A stretch of 64,000 nt of DNA from Gammaproteobacteria bacterium (GCA_034522055.1 JAXHLS010000006.1:962790-1026789); one strand, 5' to 3'; positions 41,712 to 53,216 are shown, counted from the first letter of the stretch. Notes: generated from the letters alone by a model not told the origin. Program-made: numbers and translations.

Positions 41712-41850
41712 CTTAGAATCTCCCGGCCACTGCGGCCAACGGTTAATGTACCCCACGCCCGACGCCCGGGGACAGGCGGGCCCGACGGATCCTAAACGGG
41801 GTCGGGATGGAGCGCCACGCGCCGGCCCCCACCACTCAGGGAACACGACC

Positions 41851-42039
41851 ATGGACACCACGAAGATAGTCATCGGCGGCTCGAACAGCGGCCAGGTGAT
41901 GCTGGCCATCTCCGAGTTCGGTGTGGGCGAGGCCATCGCCAAGTTCGTGGCCCGCGGCGTCGGCTCGAGTATCGGCCGCCAGATCGGCGCCCGGCTGGTG
42001 CGCGGGCTCCTCGGCTCCCTCCTGGGCGGGCGGCGCTGA
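41851..42039 (+). CDS. Small Gly-rich membrane protein (YeaQ/YmgE-like?)
   Basis: 62 aa: MDTTKIVIGGSNSGQVMLAISEFGVGEAIAKFVARGVGSSIGRQIGARLVRGLLG. AGGGA RBS 8 nt upstream of ATG 41851. Confidence 0.35.
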   Translation: MDTTKIVIGGSNSGQVMLAISEFGVGEAIAKFVARGVGSSIGRQIGARLVRGLLGSLLGGRR

Positions 42040-42101
42040 GGACAGCATGGTGGAGCCATGCCCCGCCCCCGCCGGCCCCAGAAACCCCGCCTGCCCCTGA
42101 C

Positions 42102-43571
42102 ATGACCGGCCTCGAACTCCTGCCCGTCTTCCTCGCGGCCCTCAACGTCGCCATGGTGTTGATAGGCGTCTACAACGTCCTGTACCACCCGCGGGAGCCG
42201 CGGGCCATGCTGGCGTGGATACTGCTGTTCCTGCTGCTACCCGTGGTCGGCGTGGTGCTGTTCTTCCTCATGAGCGACCCCAAGCGCCGGCGCAACCGCC
42301 GCCGCCTGGCGCGCCATCGCCAGCGCCTCAACCCCACCCTGTGGCGGGTGCTCCACGAGGCCCAGCGGGACTTCTCTCCCCAGGCCGGCCCCCATGAGCT
42401 GCCTTCGGCCCTCATCAAGTTCGTGCGCCTCGCCACCCGCATCAACGACCGCGAGCCCCCCACCATCGGCAACGCGGTGGAGATCTATCACGACCGTGCC
42501 GCCGACTCCTGGCGTGCCCTCCTGAACGCCGTAGCCGGGGCCCGCCACCACGTCCACGTGGAATATTTCATCTTTCGCGCCGACACCACGGGCCGGAAGC
42601 TGGCGGCGCTGCTCCTGGAGAAGGCCCGGGAGGGCGTGAAATGCCGGCTGCTGCTCGACTTCATGGGCTCCTGGCGTTTTCCCGCCGGCCTAGCCCGGGA
42701 GCTGCGCGCCGGCGGCGTGGAGGTGGTGTACTACATGCCGCCCCTGCCGTGGCTGGGCAAGCGCTGGCGGCTGCGGGTCAACCTGCGCAATCATCGCAAG
42801 ATCGCCGTCATCGACGGCCGCGTCGCCTTCACGGGCAGCCAGAACATCGGCGACGAGTACCTCGATGCCAGCCACCCCCTGGGGACCCGCATCGACACCC
42901 AGCTGCGCATCACCGGCCCGGCAGTCTACAAGTTCCAGGAGGTGTTCATCGAGGACTGGCATCTGTCCACCGGCGAGGACCTGTTCGCCGAGGCCTACTT
43001 CCCGCCACCCGCCACCGCCGATGGGCCGGGGGAGATCGTGCAGGTGATCCCCTCGGGCCCCGATTACGACACCCGCATCATGCATCATCTGCTCATCGCC
43101 GCCATCGCCGCCGCCGAGGACTCGGTGTGCATCGCCACCCCCTATTTCGTGCCCGACACCACCATGGTCCTGACCCTCGAGGCCGCCGCCTTCCGCGGCG
43201 TCAGGATCCGCATCCTGGTACCGGCACATTCCGACCATGTCATCGCCCTGTGGGCGGGCCGCAGCTACTACGAGGAGATGGTGAATGCCGGAGTCGGGAT
43301 CTACGAGCACGTCGGCAGCTTTCTCCACTCCAAGGTGGCGATCATCGACGAGCACTGGGCCATGGTGGGCTCCGCCAACATGGACGAGCGCAGCTTCCGC
43401 CTCAATTTCGAGATCACCACCGTGCTCTACTCCACCGGCGCCGTGACCGAACTGCAGCAGGCCTTCGAGGGTCTGTTCGCTACTGCCAGCCCGCTGCAAA
43501 ACCCGGCGCCAAGAACCCGTCTCGAGCGCCTCAGGCTCGGCCTCGCCCGGCTGTTCGGGCCCATCTATTGA
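42102..43571 (+). CDS. cls: Cardiolipin synthase
   Basis: Two N-terminal TM helices and two HKD motifs (NHRKIAVIDGRVAFTGSQNIGDE; LHSKVAIIDEHWAMVGSANMDERS). Confidence 0.85.
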   Translation: MTGLELLPVFLAALNVAMVLIGVYNVLYHPREPRAMLAWILLFLLLPVVGVVLFFLMSDPKRRRNRRRLARHRQRLNPTLWRVLHEAQRDFSPQAGPHELPSALIKFVRLATRINDREPPTIGNAVEIYHDRAADSWRALLNAVAGARHHVHVEYFIFRADTTGRKLAALLLEKAREGVKCRLLLDFMGSWRFPAGLARELRAGGVEVVYYMPPLPWLGKRWRLRVNLRNHRKIAVIDGRVAFTGSQNIGDEYLDASHPLGTRIDTQLRITGPAVYKFQEVFIEDWHLSTGEDLFAEAYFPPPATADGPGEIVQVIPSGPDYDTRIMHHLLIAAIAAAEDSVCIATPYFVPDTTMVLTLEAAAFRGVRIRILVPAHSDHVIALWAGRSYYEEMVNAGVGIYEHVGSFLHSKVAIIDEHWAMVGSANMDERSFRLNFEITTVLYSTGAVTELQQAFEGLFATASPLQNPAPRTRLERLRLGLARLFGPIY

Positions 43572-43659
43572 TGGTCGGCGCCCGCCGGGACGTTGCACCG
43601 GCCCGGCCCCCATGTTCTACCCTGAAGGTGAGGACCAACGGACAACGAGGAGGCCCACC

Positions 43660-44136
43660 ATGACCCTCACCCTGCACTCCCCGGCCTTCGGCCACGAAGA
43701 CGAAATCCCGCGCCGTTACACCTGCGAAGGCGAGGACATCTCCCCGGCCCTGGAGTGGACGGGCGTGCCCGGCGGGGCCCGTAGCCTCGCCCTCATCGTG
43801 GACGACCCGGACGCCCCGGACCCCGCGGCGCCGCGCATGACCTTCGTCCACTGGGTGCTCTACAACCTGCCCCCCGACAGCCAGAGCCTGCCCGAGGCCT
43901 GTACCGCCGCCCTGCTGCCACCCGGCACGGGAGATGGCCTGAACGACTGGCAGCGCAGCGGCTACGGCGGCCCCTGCCCACCTATCGGGCGGCACCGCTA
44001 TTTCTTCAAGCTCTACGCCCTGGATCGGCGCCTGGAAGGCCTCGAAGCGCCCACCAAGGAGGAGTTGCTGCGGGCCATGGAGGGCGCGGTGCTCGCCCGG
44101 GGCGAACTCATGGCCACCTACGAAAAGGGAGATTAA
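43660..44136 (+). CDS. YbhB/YbcL-family PEBP (Raf kinase inhibitor-like) protein
   Basis: LIVDDPDAP, HWVLYNL and GPCPPIGRHRYFFKLYALD motifs. Start trimmed to MTLTLHSPAF. Confidence 0.75.
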   Translation: MTLTLHSPAFGHEDEIPRRYTCEGEDISPALEWTGVPGGARSLALIVDDPDAPDPAAPRMTFVHWVLYNLPPDSQSLPEACTAALLPPGTGDGLNDWQRSGYGGPCPPIGRHRYFFKLYALDRRLEGLEAPTKEELLRAMEGAVLARGELMATYEKGD

Positions 44137-44163
44137 GGCCCGGTAAAATCCGGGGCCGCGCCC

Positions 44164-46116
44164 TCAGGCGTCGAGGAGTTCCCGCACCCGCCGCGCCAGG
44201 TCCGCCATCATGTAGCGCTTGTTCAAGATCTCGTCGCCGTCGGGGTGCAAACCGGCGGAGTGGGACAGGGCGTCGAAGGAGTATCCCGAGGTATACAGGA
44301 CCCGCATCCCGGGCTTGAGGGCCCGGGCCTCGCGGCCGACGTCGAAGCCGGTCATCCCCCCCGGCATGATGACGTCGGTGAACACCAGGTTCACGGGGGA
44401 GCGGGCCAGGACCCGCAGGGCCGAGGCGCCATCCACGGCCTCGAGTATTTCATACCCCAGGTCCCGCAGATAGCAGGCCACGGTGTCCCGCAGGTTGTCG
44501 TCGTCCTCCACCACCAGGATGGTCTCGCCACCACCGCTGACGGCACCCTCGGCGGGAGCGGTCTCCCGGGCCTCCGTCTCGCCCCTGAAGCGCGGAAAGT
44601 AGAGCTTGAGGGTGGTGCCGAGGCCGACCTCGCTGTAGATATTGACGCCCCCGCCGGACTGCTTGACGAAGCCGTAGACCTGGCTGAGACCGAGGCCCGT
44701 ACCCTTGCCCGTGTCCTTGGTGGTGAAGAAGGGTTCGAAGGCCCGGGCCTGCTCCGTCTCGGTCATGCCCTTGCCGTCGTCGCTCACCGTGACCGCCACG
44801 TAGTCCCCCGGCTCCATGCCCTCGTAGGAGCGGGTGTAATTGTCATCGAGATGTACGTTGGCCGTCTCGATGACCAGGGAACCACCATCGGCCATGGCGT
44901 CGCTGGCATTGACCGCCAGATTGATGAGGGCATTCTCGGCCTGGCCAGGGTCGATGGAGACGGGCCACAGGTCCTCCGCGGGCTCGAGCCGGAGGTCGAT
45001 GGACTCGCTCAGGGTGCGTTTAAGAAGCTCCCAGGTACCCGTCACCAGCGCGTTGAAATCCGTAACCTCCGGCTCCAGGTGCTGGCGGCTGGCGACGGCC
45101 AGCAGCCGGCGGGTCAGCTCGGAGCCCCGCCGCACGGCGTCGATGGCGACCCGCAGGCGGGAGAGCACCTGCTCCTGCAGCGGCGATTTGTCGCGCTCCA
45201 GATAGCGCTCCGCCAGTTGCAGATTGCCCAGCATCACGCTCAACAGGTTGTTGAAATCGTGGGCCACCCCTCCCGTGAGCTGGCCCAGAGCCTGGATGCG
45301 TTCCACCTGGCGCTTCCGATCCTCCACGGCCTTGAGCTCCGTGACCTCCCGCAATACGCCGGTGACGGCCATGGGTCTGGCCTCGCGATCCACGCTGAGG
45401 GCAATGCGCACGTCGAACCACCGGTAATCCGCCTCCCCCCGGGGCCGCAGCCGGCCCTCCACCCATGCGGGACCGCCGTGGTCGATGGCCTGCCGGAAGG
45501 TCGCCAGGATCCCTTCCAGGTCCTCCGGGTGGACCAGGGACTGCCACAGGGCCGGGTCGTTCACCAGCTCGTCCGGCCCGTAGTGCAGGATGGGTTCCAC
45601 TACCGGGCTGACGTAGGTGATGGCGAAGGTCGCCGGGTCCAGGCTGAAGAGCACGTCGGGGATGGCCGCCACCAGGCCCTGGAGGGTGGCCTCCTGGGCC
45701 TCCAGGCGGCGCTGGCTCTCCGCCACCTCGAGATACTTCTTGTAGAGCTTGTCGGACAGCCGCGCGCCGGTGCGGCGGTCCAGATCGTCCTCGTCCAGGC
45801 CGCCGCCGGGCACGTGGGCCGGGGCCGGGCCCTCGGCCAGGACCTCGTCCAGGGCCTCCAGCAACTCGTCCGGCGGCATGGGCTTCAGCAGGAAACGGGA
45901 GGCCCCCAGGTCCATGGCCAGCCTGGCGTCCTCGCCATCCACGAAGGTCCCGGTGTAGAAGACGAAGGGGATGTCCCGCAGCCGCGGGTCCCGGTTCAGG
46001 GCGCGCCGCAGGCCGAAGCCGTCCATGTTGGGCATGAGGATGTCGGAGATGATGAGGTCGGGCAGCCAGTCGCCGGCCTTCCCGAGGGCCTCGACCCCGT
46101 CCCTGACCACGGCCAC
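44164..46116 (-). CDS. Hybrid sensor histidine kinase/response regulator (REC-PAS-HisKA-HATPase-REC) with a disrupted 5' end
   Basis: HisKA (GGVAHDFNNLL), HATPase (GLGLSQVYGFV) and a C-terminal REC (ILVVEDDDNLRD...FTDVIMPGGMTGFD). The N-terminal REC domain extends in frame upstream to 46188 (ILCADDDESSRLIVEAAL), but an ATG-TAG pair at 46189..46194 precedes it. 46116 is the track's GTG start. Confidence 0.7.
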   Translation of the reverse strand: MAVVRDGVEALGKAGDWLPDLIISDILMPNMDGFGLRRALNRDPRLRDIPFVFYTGTFVDGEDARLAMDLGASRFLLKPMPPDELLEALDEVLAEGPAPAHVPGGGLDEDDLDRRTGARLSDKLYKKYLEVAESQRRLEAQEATLQGLVAAIPDVLFSLDPATFAITYVSPVVEPILHYGPDELVNDPALWQSLVHPEDLEGILATFRQAIDHGGPAWVEGRLRPRGEADYRWFDVRIALSVDREARPMAVTGVLREVTELKAVEDRKRQVERIQALGQLTGGVAHDFNNLLSVMLGNLQLAERYLERDKSPLQEQVLSRLRVAIDAVRRGSELTRRLLAVASRQHLEPEVTDFNALVTGTWELLKRTLSESIDLRLEPAEDLWPVSIDPGQAENALINLAVNASDAMADGGSLVIETANVHLDDNYTRSYEGMEPGDYVAVTVSDDGKGMTETEQARAFEPFFTTKDTGKGTGLGLSQVYGFVKQSGGGVNIYSEVGLGTTLKLYFPRFRGETEARETAPAEGAVSGGGETILVVEDDDNLRDTVACYLRDLGYEILEAVDGASALRVLARSPVNLVFTDVIMPGGMTGFDVGREARALKPGMRVLYTSGYSFDALSHSAGLHPDGDEILNKRYMMADLARRVRELLDA

Positions 46117-46188
46117 ATCGTGGCCGCGGGCGGTCAGGGCCGCCTCGACTATCAGCCGGGAACTCTCGTCGTCGTCGGCACAGAGTAT

Positions 46189-46552
46189 CTACATCCGTGC
46201 CGTAGGAACGGGCGGAGGGATGTCTCTGTAGGTCGGGATTCATCCCGACATTACCGCTCCGATTCTGTCGGCTGCCAAGAGCAGCCGACCTACGCCTCTG
46301 TCCTTCTCCCCAGGGAAAATGGGAAAGGGGAACGGGGAAAAGATTACCACCCGTGCGTCCGCTCTGCTGACGCCGAAACGGTGGATTAGCTGCGCCTTTT
46401 CGAACTGCCACTCCTCCCTGACCTTCTTCCTTTTCGCGCCTTTCGCGACTTTCGTAGTTACCGCTTTTGTTTTTTTAATAACCCTGACCTTCTCCCTTTT
46501 CGCGTCTTTCGCGGTTACGCTTTTAGTAGGTCGGGATTCATCCCGACATCCC
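46189..46552. repeat. Copy 2 of dispersed repeat A (MITE-like), with only 2-3 GGGAAA(T) units
   Basis: About 90% identical to 60733..61033, in the same orientation. Carries an extra internal duplication (CCTGACCTTCTTCCTTTTCGCGCC...CCTGACCTTCTCCCTTTTCGCG). Confidence 0.8.
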
Positions 46553-46566
46553 AAGCCCAGCCGGGA

Positions 46567-47235
46567 TCACCAATCCAGTTTCATCTGCACGCCCACGGCC
46601 GGAGCGGGCTCCAGGGAGCCATCGTCATCGAAGAGGGCGTCGCCTTTGCCTCCATGGCGCCATCCCCGGCCACGCCCCAACTCGCTGGGTCGGCCATAGT
46701 GCATGCGCCAGGACATCCCCTCGCCCGTCACAAGCTCTGAATGCAGATGTTCGGTGATGCCCCGCAGTGGGCTGCCAAGGAATTGCAGCAGCGGATCCGG
46801 GCCGTCAGCGGCGCTCGCATCCGGGTCCGTCAGAAGCTGCGGATCCGTGGCCACGGCGGCATCGGACTCGAATACCACCGGGGCCAGGGTCCGATACCAG
46901 GGGCCGCTACCAGCCCCAGGGGTCACATCCGACCCTTTGATGGCCTCGGCCAGCAACCGCGACAGGCTGGCGAGGGCGGGGCGCGGATCCCACGGCGCCG
47001 GGGCTGCGTGCGCTTCGGCCACTCCCCCGGGGGCCTTGAGTTCCGCTCGCGTGCCGGCCTCGGCGTTGGCCACCCTCACGCCACCATCCAGACCCAGGAA
47101 CAAGCCGTCCTCCACCCCGTGGTCGGGGTCGCCGTCAGCCGCGACCGCCCCTGGGGATACGGCCACCACCAACAGCATCAGAGTCCACGCCAAGCCGAGG
47201 GACAGGCGCCAGTTGAGCGATCGGAAGGGCAACAT
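46567..47235 (-). CDS. Hypothetical secreted protein
   Basis: Signal peptide (MLPFRSLNWRLSLGLAWTLMLLVVAVSPGAVAA) and an Asp/Gly-rich mature part ending VQMKLDW. No family assignment. Confidence 0.45.
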   Translation of the reverse strand: MLPFRSLNWRLSLGLAWTLMLLVVAVSPGAVAADGDPDHGVEDGLFLGLDGGVRVANAEAGTRAELKAPGGVAEAHAAPAPWDPRPALASLSRLLAEAIKGSDVTPGAGSGPWYRTLAPVVFESDAAVATDPQLLTDPDASAADGPDPLLQFLGSPLRGITEHLHSELVTGEGMSWRMHYGRPSELGRGRGWRHGGKGDALFDDDGSLEPAPAVGVQMKLDW

Positions 47236-47419
47236 GGCCGTAAGAATAGCACCGGATCTCGGAAATGCCGCCCCTGTCACACTCCAAGCACAGGCCGTTC
47301 TGGACCTTCGCGGCGGCAAGGGCTATCCGCCCCGGAGTGCTCCCGCCACGGGCAGGAACACGACCGGGGCATATACCCTCGTTTCCCTGCCCCCGGCCCT
47401 CGTCTCCCTGACCCCGGCG

Positions 47420-49681
47420 TCAGGAGGCGCGCACCGCGGCTAGGGCGGTCATGTTCAGCAGGCCGCGCACGGTAATGGACGACGTGACGATATGGGCGGA
47501 TCGCGCAGTGCCGAGGAGCAGCGGCCCGATGGCAATGCCCTCCCCTACCTGCTTCAACAGGTTGAAGGCAATGTTGGCGGCGTCCTGGTTGGGCATCACC
47601 AGCAGGTTGGCGCGGCCCGTGAGGCGCGAGCCCGGGAAGCGCGCCAGGCGCATGGCCTCGGACAGGGCCAGATCGCCGTGCATTTCCCCCTCCACCTCCA
47701 ACTCCGGCTGCTCCGCCCGTACCATGGCCAGGGCTTCGCGCATCTTGCGGGCGCTGGCCGAATCATGGCTACCGAAATTGGAGTGGGACAGCAACGCCAC
47801 CTTGGGTTCCAGACCGAACCAGCGTACGCCCTCGGCGGCCAGCCGGGTGATGGCGGCCACCTCCCGGGCATCGGGTTCCTCCAACACCCGGGTATCGGCG
47901 ATGAAGATGACGCCGGAGGGCATCACCAGGGCATTCATGGCAGCCAGACAGGGGGCCTCCGCGGCCCGCCCGATAACCTCCCGAATGGCCTCCAGATGCT
48001 GCAGATACCGGCTCACGGGCCCGCACACCAGGGCATCGGCGTCGCCCTCGGCCACCATCATGGCGGCCAGGGTGGTGGGGCTGTCCCGCAACTGGTCCCG
48101 GGCCTCGCCAGGGGAATAACCGCGGCGGGCCACGCGTTCATAATAGGCATCGCCGTAGACCGCGTGGTCAGCCAACAGGTGGGGCTCGGCGACCTCCACG
48201 TCGTCGTCGAGACGAATCGACAGGCCGATATCGGCGATGCGTTCCTCGATCACCCCGCGCCGCCCCACCAGCACCGGCCGTGCGATGCCCTGGTCCACCG
48301 CCTGCTGGGCCGCTTCCAGCACGCGCTGATCCTCGCCTTCCGAGTACACCACCCGCCGTACCTGGGCCTGAGCGCGCTCGAACACCGGCCGCATGGTGAG
48401 ACCGGTGACAAACACCTTGTCCTGCAGGCTGTTGCGGTAGGCCTCCAGATTGGCCAGGGGGCGGCTCGCCACCCCCGAGTCCATAGCCGCCCGGGCCACC
48501 GCCAGGGGCACGTATTCCATGAGGCGCGGGTCGAAGGGCGTCGGCAGCAGGAAGTCCGGTCCGAAACGTGGCGTCCGGCCGCCGTAGGCGCGACGCACCA
48601 CGTCCGAGGGCTCGGCGCGGGCCAGGGCGGCGATGGCCTCCACACAGGCCAGCTTCATGGCCATGTTGATGTCCGTCGCCCCCACGTCCAGGGCACCCCG
48701 GAACAGGAAGGGGAAGCACAGGACGTTGTTCACCTGGTTCGGGAAGTCCGAGCGCCCGGTGGCCAGCAGGGCATCGGGGCGCACCGCCCGTGCCAGGTCG
48801 GGCATGATCTCGGGCACCGGGTTGGCCAAGGCCAGGATGATGGGGTGTTCCGCCATGGTCTCCAGCCAGAGGGACTGAAGGACTCCGCCCGCGGACAGGC
48901 CGAGGAAGATATCGGCCCCTTCCAGGGCCTCCGCCAGGGTACGGCACGCGGTGGCCCGGGCGTAGCGGGCCTTGTAGGGGTCCATCTGCTCGCTACGGCC
49001 CTCGTGGACCACCCCGGCGATATCCGTTACCAGGATATTGCCCGGATTGAGGCCCAGGGCCACCAGCAGGTCCAGGCAGGCCAGGGCGGCGGCACCCGCC
49101 CCCGCGGTCACCAGGCGCACCTCGCCGATGTCCTTGCCCACCACCGTCAGGGCGTTCCTCACCGCCGCCGCCACCACGATGGCGGTACCGTGCTGGTCGT
49201 CGTGGAACACCGGGATCCCCATGCGTTCCCGCAGGCCCTGCTCGATGATGAAGCACTCGGGGGCCTTGATGTCCTCCAGGTTGATGCCGCCGAAGGTGGG
49301 CTCCAGGCGGGCCACCGTGTCGATGAAGGCTTCCGGGTCGGTCTCGTCCACCTCGATGTCGAAGACGTCGATGCCGGCGAACTGCTTGAACAGTACCGCC
49401 TTGCCCTCCATCACCGGCTTGGCCGCGAGGCCGCCGATGGCCCCCAGGCCGAGTACTGCCGTGCCGTTGGAGACGACCGCCACCAGGTTGCCGCGGGCCG
49501 TATAGTCGGCGGCGCTGGTGGGCTCGGCCTGGATGGCTTCGCAGGCCGCCGCCACCCCCGGCGAATAGGCCAGTGCCAAGTCACGCTGGGTGGCCAGCGG
49601 CTTGGTGGCGCGGATCTCCAGCTTGCCCGGTCGCGGTTGGCGATGGTAGTCCAGCGCCGCCTGGCGCAGATCTTCTGCCAT
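47420..49681 (-). CDS. maeB: NADP-dependent malic enzyme (malic enzyme + phosphotransacetylase-like domain)
   Basis: [25 protein letters not shown] and C-terminal PTA-like domain motifs. Start trimmed to [13 protein letters not shown]. Confidence 0.85.
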   Translation of the reverse strand: MAEDLRQAALDYHRQPRPGKLEIRATKPLATQRDLALAYSPGVAAACEAIQAEPTSAADYTARGNLVAVVSNGTAVLGLGAIGGLAAKPVMEGKAVLFKQFAGIDVFDIEVDETDPEAFIDTVARLEPTFGGINLEDIKAPECFIIEQGLRERMGIPVFHDDQHGTAIVVAAAVRNALTVVGKDIGEVRLVTAGAGAAALACLDLLVALGLNPGNILVTDIAGVVHEGRSEQMDPYKARYARATACRTLAEALEGADIFLGLSAGGVLQSLWLETMAEHPIILALANPVPEIMPDLARAVRPDALLATGRSDFPNQVNNVLCFPFLFRGALDVGATDINMAMKLACVEAIAALARAEPSDVVRRAYGGRTPRFGPDFLLPTPFDPRLMEYVPLAVARAAMDSGVASRPLANLEAYRNSLQDKVFVTGLTMRPVFERAQAQVRRVVYSEGEDQRVLEAAQQAVDQGIARPVLVGRRGVIEERIADIGLSIRLDDDVEVAEPHLLADHAVYGDAYYERVARRGYSPGEARDQLRDSPTTLAAMMVAEGDADALVCGPVSRYLQHLEAIREVIGRAAEAPCLAAMNALVMPSGVIFIADTRVLEEPDAREVAAITRLAAEGVRWFGLEPKVALLSHSNFGSHDSASARKMREALAMVRAEQPELEVEGEMHGDLALSEAMRLARFPGSRLTGRANLLVMPNQDAANIAFNLLKQVGEGIAIGPLLLGTARSAHIVTSSITVRGLLNMTALAAVRAS

Positions 49682-49727
49682 AGGATCGGTGCTCCCGTGG
49701 GTTGTGATGACGGCCGTGACCCGGGGC

Positions 49728-50864
49728 TCAGCCGGCGATGGCGGTGGGAATCCAAGGGGTCTGCTCGCTGAAATCCCCCAGGAAGGCGTTCTCCAGTTCC
49801 TCGTCCGGGCAATAACCGAGACCGGCCACCGCCCCGATATGCATATGTCCCGCCCGGGCATCCAGAGCCTCGCCCACGTCCCCCGCCAGCCAGTTGTCCG
49901 TCACCAGGCCGTGGACGCCCGCACCGGGCAGGGCGGCCGCCAGATGCAGGGCGCCACGGGTTCCCACGACGCTCTCGATGGCGGAGGTGATCACCGCCTC
50001 CTTACCCTCGCCGTAGGCCTTACGGGCGAGGGCCAGACAGCGCCGGGGCCCGCCGTGGGCGATGGGTTTCAAGACCAGCCGGCGCACCGGGCAGCGCTCC
50101 AACAGGTCCTCGGCGTTGCGCCCCGACAGGGATTCGTCGAGGGCGATGGGAAAATCCACCAGGCCCTGGAGGCGGCTCAGCATCTCCGGGCTGCAGGCAT
50201 CGAGGGGCTCCTCCAGGGACTCCACCGCCAGCTTGTTCAGCGCCGTGAGCACCCGGACCGCGGTCTCGCCGTCCCACATGCCGTTGGCATCCAGGCGCAA
50301 ACGGATACCGGGCTCGAGATGGGCCGTCAGGTCCTCGAGACGTTCGATGGCATCCCCCGGCGGCACGGTGATCTTGATCTTGAGCACCGTGAAGCCCTGG
50401 CGGGTCGCGGCCAGGGCGCGGGACTCCAGGCCTTCGTCCATGGGTCCGAGACGGGCGCTCACCGCCACCGATGGGGCGGCGTCAGGATCCAGCAGCCGAG
50501 CCAGCGGCACGCCGGCCCGCTTGGCCGTCAGGTCCAGCACCGCCGTCTCCACGGCGTTGCGGGCCGCCGGCGTCTCCCGCCATTGAGCGCCCAGGTGATC
50601 GACCAGGGCCAGAAGATCCGCCGCCTGACGGCCGGCACAGCCGAGGATGAACTGCTCGAGCTGGCGGCGCGCCACCATGGCGGTCTCGGTGCCGAACTCC
50701 GGCCATGGGGCACAATCGCCGTAACCCGTCACACCCGCCGCATCCTCGAGGCGCAACAGTAGGCCGCAACGTCCCACCCAGCGTCCCCGCGAGGTCACCC
50801 AGGGCGCCAACAGGGGCAGCCGGTAGGGCAGGAGTCGGGCACAGCGCAATGGCGGTTCGGCCAT
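49728..50864 (-). CDS. Enolase-superfamily enzyme, o-succinylbenzoate synthase (MenC)-like
   Basis: KIKI, LRLDANGMW and LEEP motifs of the MR/MLE family. Start trimmed to MAEPPLRCARLL. Confidence 0.6.
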   Translation of the reverse strand: MAEPPLRCARLLPYRLPLLAPWVTSRGRWVGRCGLLLRLEDAAGVTGYGDCAPWPEFGTETAMVARRQLEQFILGCAGRQAADLLALVDHLGAQWRETPAARNAVETAVLDLTAKRAGVPLARLLDPDAAPSVAVSARLGPMDEGLESRALAATRQGFTVLKIKITVPPGDAIERLEDLTAHLEPGIRLRLDANGMWDGETAVRVLTALNKLAVESLEEPLDACSPEMLSRLQGLVDFPIALDESLSGRNAEDLLERCPVRRLVLKPIAHGGPRRCLALARKAYGEGKEAVITSAIESVVGTRGALHLAAALPGAGVHGLVTDNWLAGDVGEALDARAGHMHIGAVAGLGYCPDEELENAFLGDFSEQTPWIPTAIAG

Positions 50865-51141
50865 GGTCGATAGTCTGGTTACGGTTGCGGGCGGTCCATG
50901 TGCCACATCAATGGAACAATCGAGGGATATACTGCCAGGGAGAAGATAAATGTCTGCGTTTGTCCGCCCTGTGTCAACGACCGCACCCCGACTGCCCGGA
51001 TTTGAGCTATGCTGTGGCCGCGCCGCCAGCATAGCTGGTGCGGACGCTGAAATGTCCATGATGGGCCCTTCCGGAATGTTAGTCGACAGGTCACGATAGA
51101 TGTATCGCGAGTCCCTCATCACCCCTTCACCAGAGCAGTCC

Positions 51142-51600
51142 ATGTACAGACAGTCCCGACTCCCCAGGCGATTGCGCCGTGTCACCGGTTTCACCCTCAT
51201 CGAGGTGATGGTGGTGGTGGTCATCCTGGGCGTGCTGGCCGCCATCGTGGTGCCCAAGATCATGGACCGGCCCGATGCCGCCCGCATCACCAAGGCCCAG
51301 CACGACATCCGTGCCCTGGGCAGCGCGTTGAACCTCTACAAACTGGACAACTTCCATTACCCCAGCACGGACCAGGGCCTCGAGGCCCTGGTGACCCAAC
51401 CCGGTGGCTCGCCGGAGGCCCGCAACTGGAAATCCGGCGGCTACATGGACAACGTGCCCAAGGACCCCTGGGGCAATGAGTACCTGTACCTGAGCCCGGG
51501 CGAGCACGGGGACTTCGACCTCTACACCCTGGGGGCGGACAACCGCCCCGGGGGCGAGGGCGTAAATGCCGACATCGGCAACTGGAACATCGGCGGCTGA
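51142..51600 (+). CDS. gspG: Type II secretion major pseudopilin
   Basis: Prepilin motif [23 protein letters not shown] and the GspG signature DPWGNEYLY. Confidence 0.85.
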   Translation: MYRQSRLPRRLRRVTGFTLIEVMVVVVILGVLAAIVVPKIMDRPDAARITKAQHDIRALGSALNLYKLDNFHYPSTDQGLEALVTQPGGSPEARNWKSGGYMDNVPKDPWGNEYLYLSPGEHGDFDLYTLGADNRPGGEGVNADIGNWNIGG

Positions 51601-51610
51601 GATCCCGCCA

Positions 51611-53164
51611 ATGTCGGCCAACCCCGAGCTCACCCTCGTCGGCGACACACCGCCCGCAGTGGCGCCGGTGCCCGACGACGGCCCGCCTGCCGGCACCTTC
51701 CGGCGTCCGAGCTTTTCCTTCGCCAAGCGTCACGGCGTACTGGTGACGGCATTGCGCGACGGCCGCGCCCACGTCATATACCGGCCGGGCCTCAGGCTCG
51801 CCATCGTCTCGGAGCTGCGCCGTTTCATGGACTGTCCCCTGACCCTGGAAGCGGTGAGTGAGGAACATTTTCAGCGCCTCCTCACCGAGGCCTACGAGCA
51901 GGGCTCCGACGAGGCCATGCACTCCATGGAGGGCCTGGACGAGGAATTGGACCTGTCCACGGTGGCCCAGCAACTCGCCGAGCCCGAGGACCTGCTGGAC
52001 GCCCAGGACGACGCGCCCATCATCCGCCTCATCAATGCCATCCTGTCGGAGGCCATCAAGCAGGGGGCATCGGATGTCCACATCGAGCCCCAGGAGGGGC
52101 GCCTCATGGTGCGTTTCCGCATCGACGGCGTGCTGCGGGAAGTGCTGGACCCCGCCAGCGGCCTGGCTCCCCTGGTGGCCTCCCGCATCAAGGTGATGGC
52201 CAAGCTCGACATCGCCGAGAAGCGCCTGCCCCAGGACGGGCGCATCTCCCTGCGCCTCGCGGGTCGGGCGGTGGATGTGCGGGTGTCCAGCCTGCCCTCG
52301 GCCCACGGCGAGCGCATCGTGCTGCGGCTGCTGGACAAGAACGCCGGGCGCCTGGACCTCGAGCACCTGGGGATGCCGCCGGACACCCTGGCCCATGTCA
52401 ACACCCTGATCCACCGTCCCCACGGCATCGTGCTGGTGACCGGCCCCACGGGCTCCGGCAAGACCACCACCCTGTACGCCGCCCTGGAACGCATCAACGA
52501 CAAGCGCCGCAACATCATGACGGTGGAGGACCCCATCGAGTACTACCTCCCCAACATCGGCCAGACCCAGGTCAACACGCGGGTGGACATGACCTTCGCC
52601 CGCGGCCTGCGGGCCATCCTGCGCCAGGATCCGGACGTGGTGATGGTGGGGGAGATCCGCGACCTGGACACGGTGCAGATCGCCGTCCAGGCCAGCCTCA
52701 CCGGCCATATGGTGCTCTCCACCCTGCATACCAATACCGCCGTGGGGGCCATCACCCGGCTGCGGGACATGGGCGTGGAGCCCTTCCTGCTCTCATCCAG
52801 CCTCATGGGGGTGCTGGCCCAGCGCCTGGTGCGCATGCTGTGCCCCCACTGCAAGACCCCCTATCAGCCCAACGAGACGGACCGCACAAAGCTCGGCGTG
52901 GCCCCTGATGCCGTCACCACCCTCTACCACCCGGCGGGCTGCACGCGCTGCCGTAACACCGGGTATCAGGGCCGCAAGGGAATCTACGAACTGGTGCTGG
53001 TGGACGAGACCATGCGCACCCTCATCCACGATGGCGCCGGCGAGGGCGAGCTGTTCCGCCATGCCCGCACCCTCACACCGGGGATCTGGAGCCACGGCAA
53101 GGCGCGGGTGCTGGCCGGCGAGACCTCCCTGGAAGAGGTGCTGCGGGTCAGTGAGGCGGATTAG
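51611..53164 (+). CDS. gspE: Type II secretion ATPase
   Basis: Walker A ([13 protein letters not shown]), a tetracysteine motif (CPHCK...CTRCRNTGY) and a GspE N-terminal domain. The start is ambiguous between 51566 and 51611. Confidence 0.85.
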   Translation: MSANPELTLVGDTPPAVAPVPDDGPPAGTFRRPSFSFAKRHGVLVTALRDGRAHVIYRPGLRLAIVSELRRFMDCPLTLEAVSEEHFQRLLTEAYEQGSDEAMHSMEGLDEELDLSTVAQQLAEPEDLLDAQDDAPIIRLINAILSEAIKQGASDVHIEPQEGRLMVRFRIDGVLREVLDPASGLAPLVASRIKVMAKLDIAEKRLPQDGRISLRLAGRAVDVRVSSLPSAHGERIVLRLLDKNAGRLDLEHLGMPPDTLAHVNTLIHRPHGIVLVTGPTGSGKTTTLYAALERINDKRRNIMTVEDPIEYYLPNIGQTQVNTRVDMTFARGLRAILRQDPDVVMVGEIRDLDTVQIAVQASLTGHMVLSTLHTNTAVGAITRLRDMGVEPFLLSSSLMGVLAQRLVRMLCPHCKTPYQPNETDRTKLGVAPDAVTTLYHPAGCTRCRNTGYQGRKGIYELVLVDETMRTLIHDGAGEGELFRHARTLTPGIWSHGKARVLAGETSLEEVLRVSEAD

Positions 53165-53216
53165 CCCGATGCTTCGGGCCGCGATCCCTGCGGGCGCTGG
53201 CGGCGAGACCTGAACC

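Noticed and set aside
49728-51308. 526-aa ORF upstream-extended MenC-like gene
   Set aside because: The first 148 codons are compositionally atypical and overlap the gspG promoter region. The enolase-superfamily domain begins at MAEPPL (ATG 50864).
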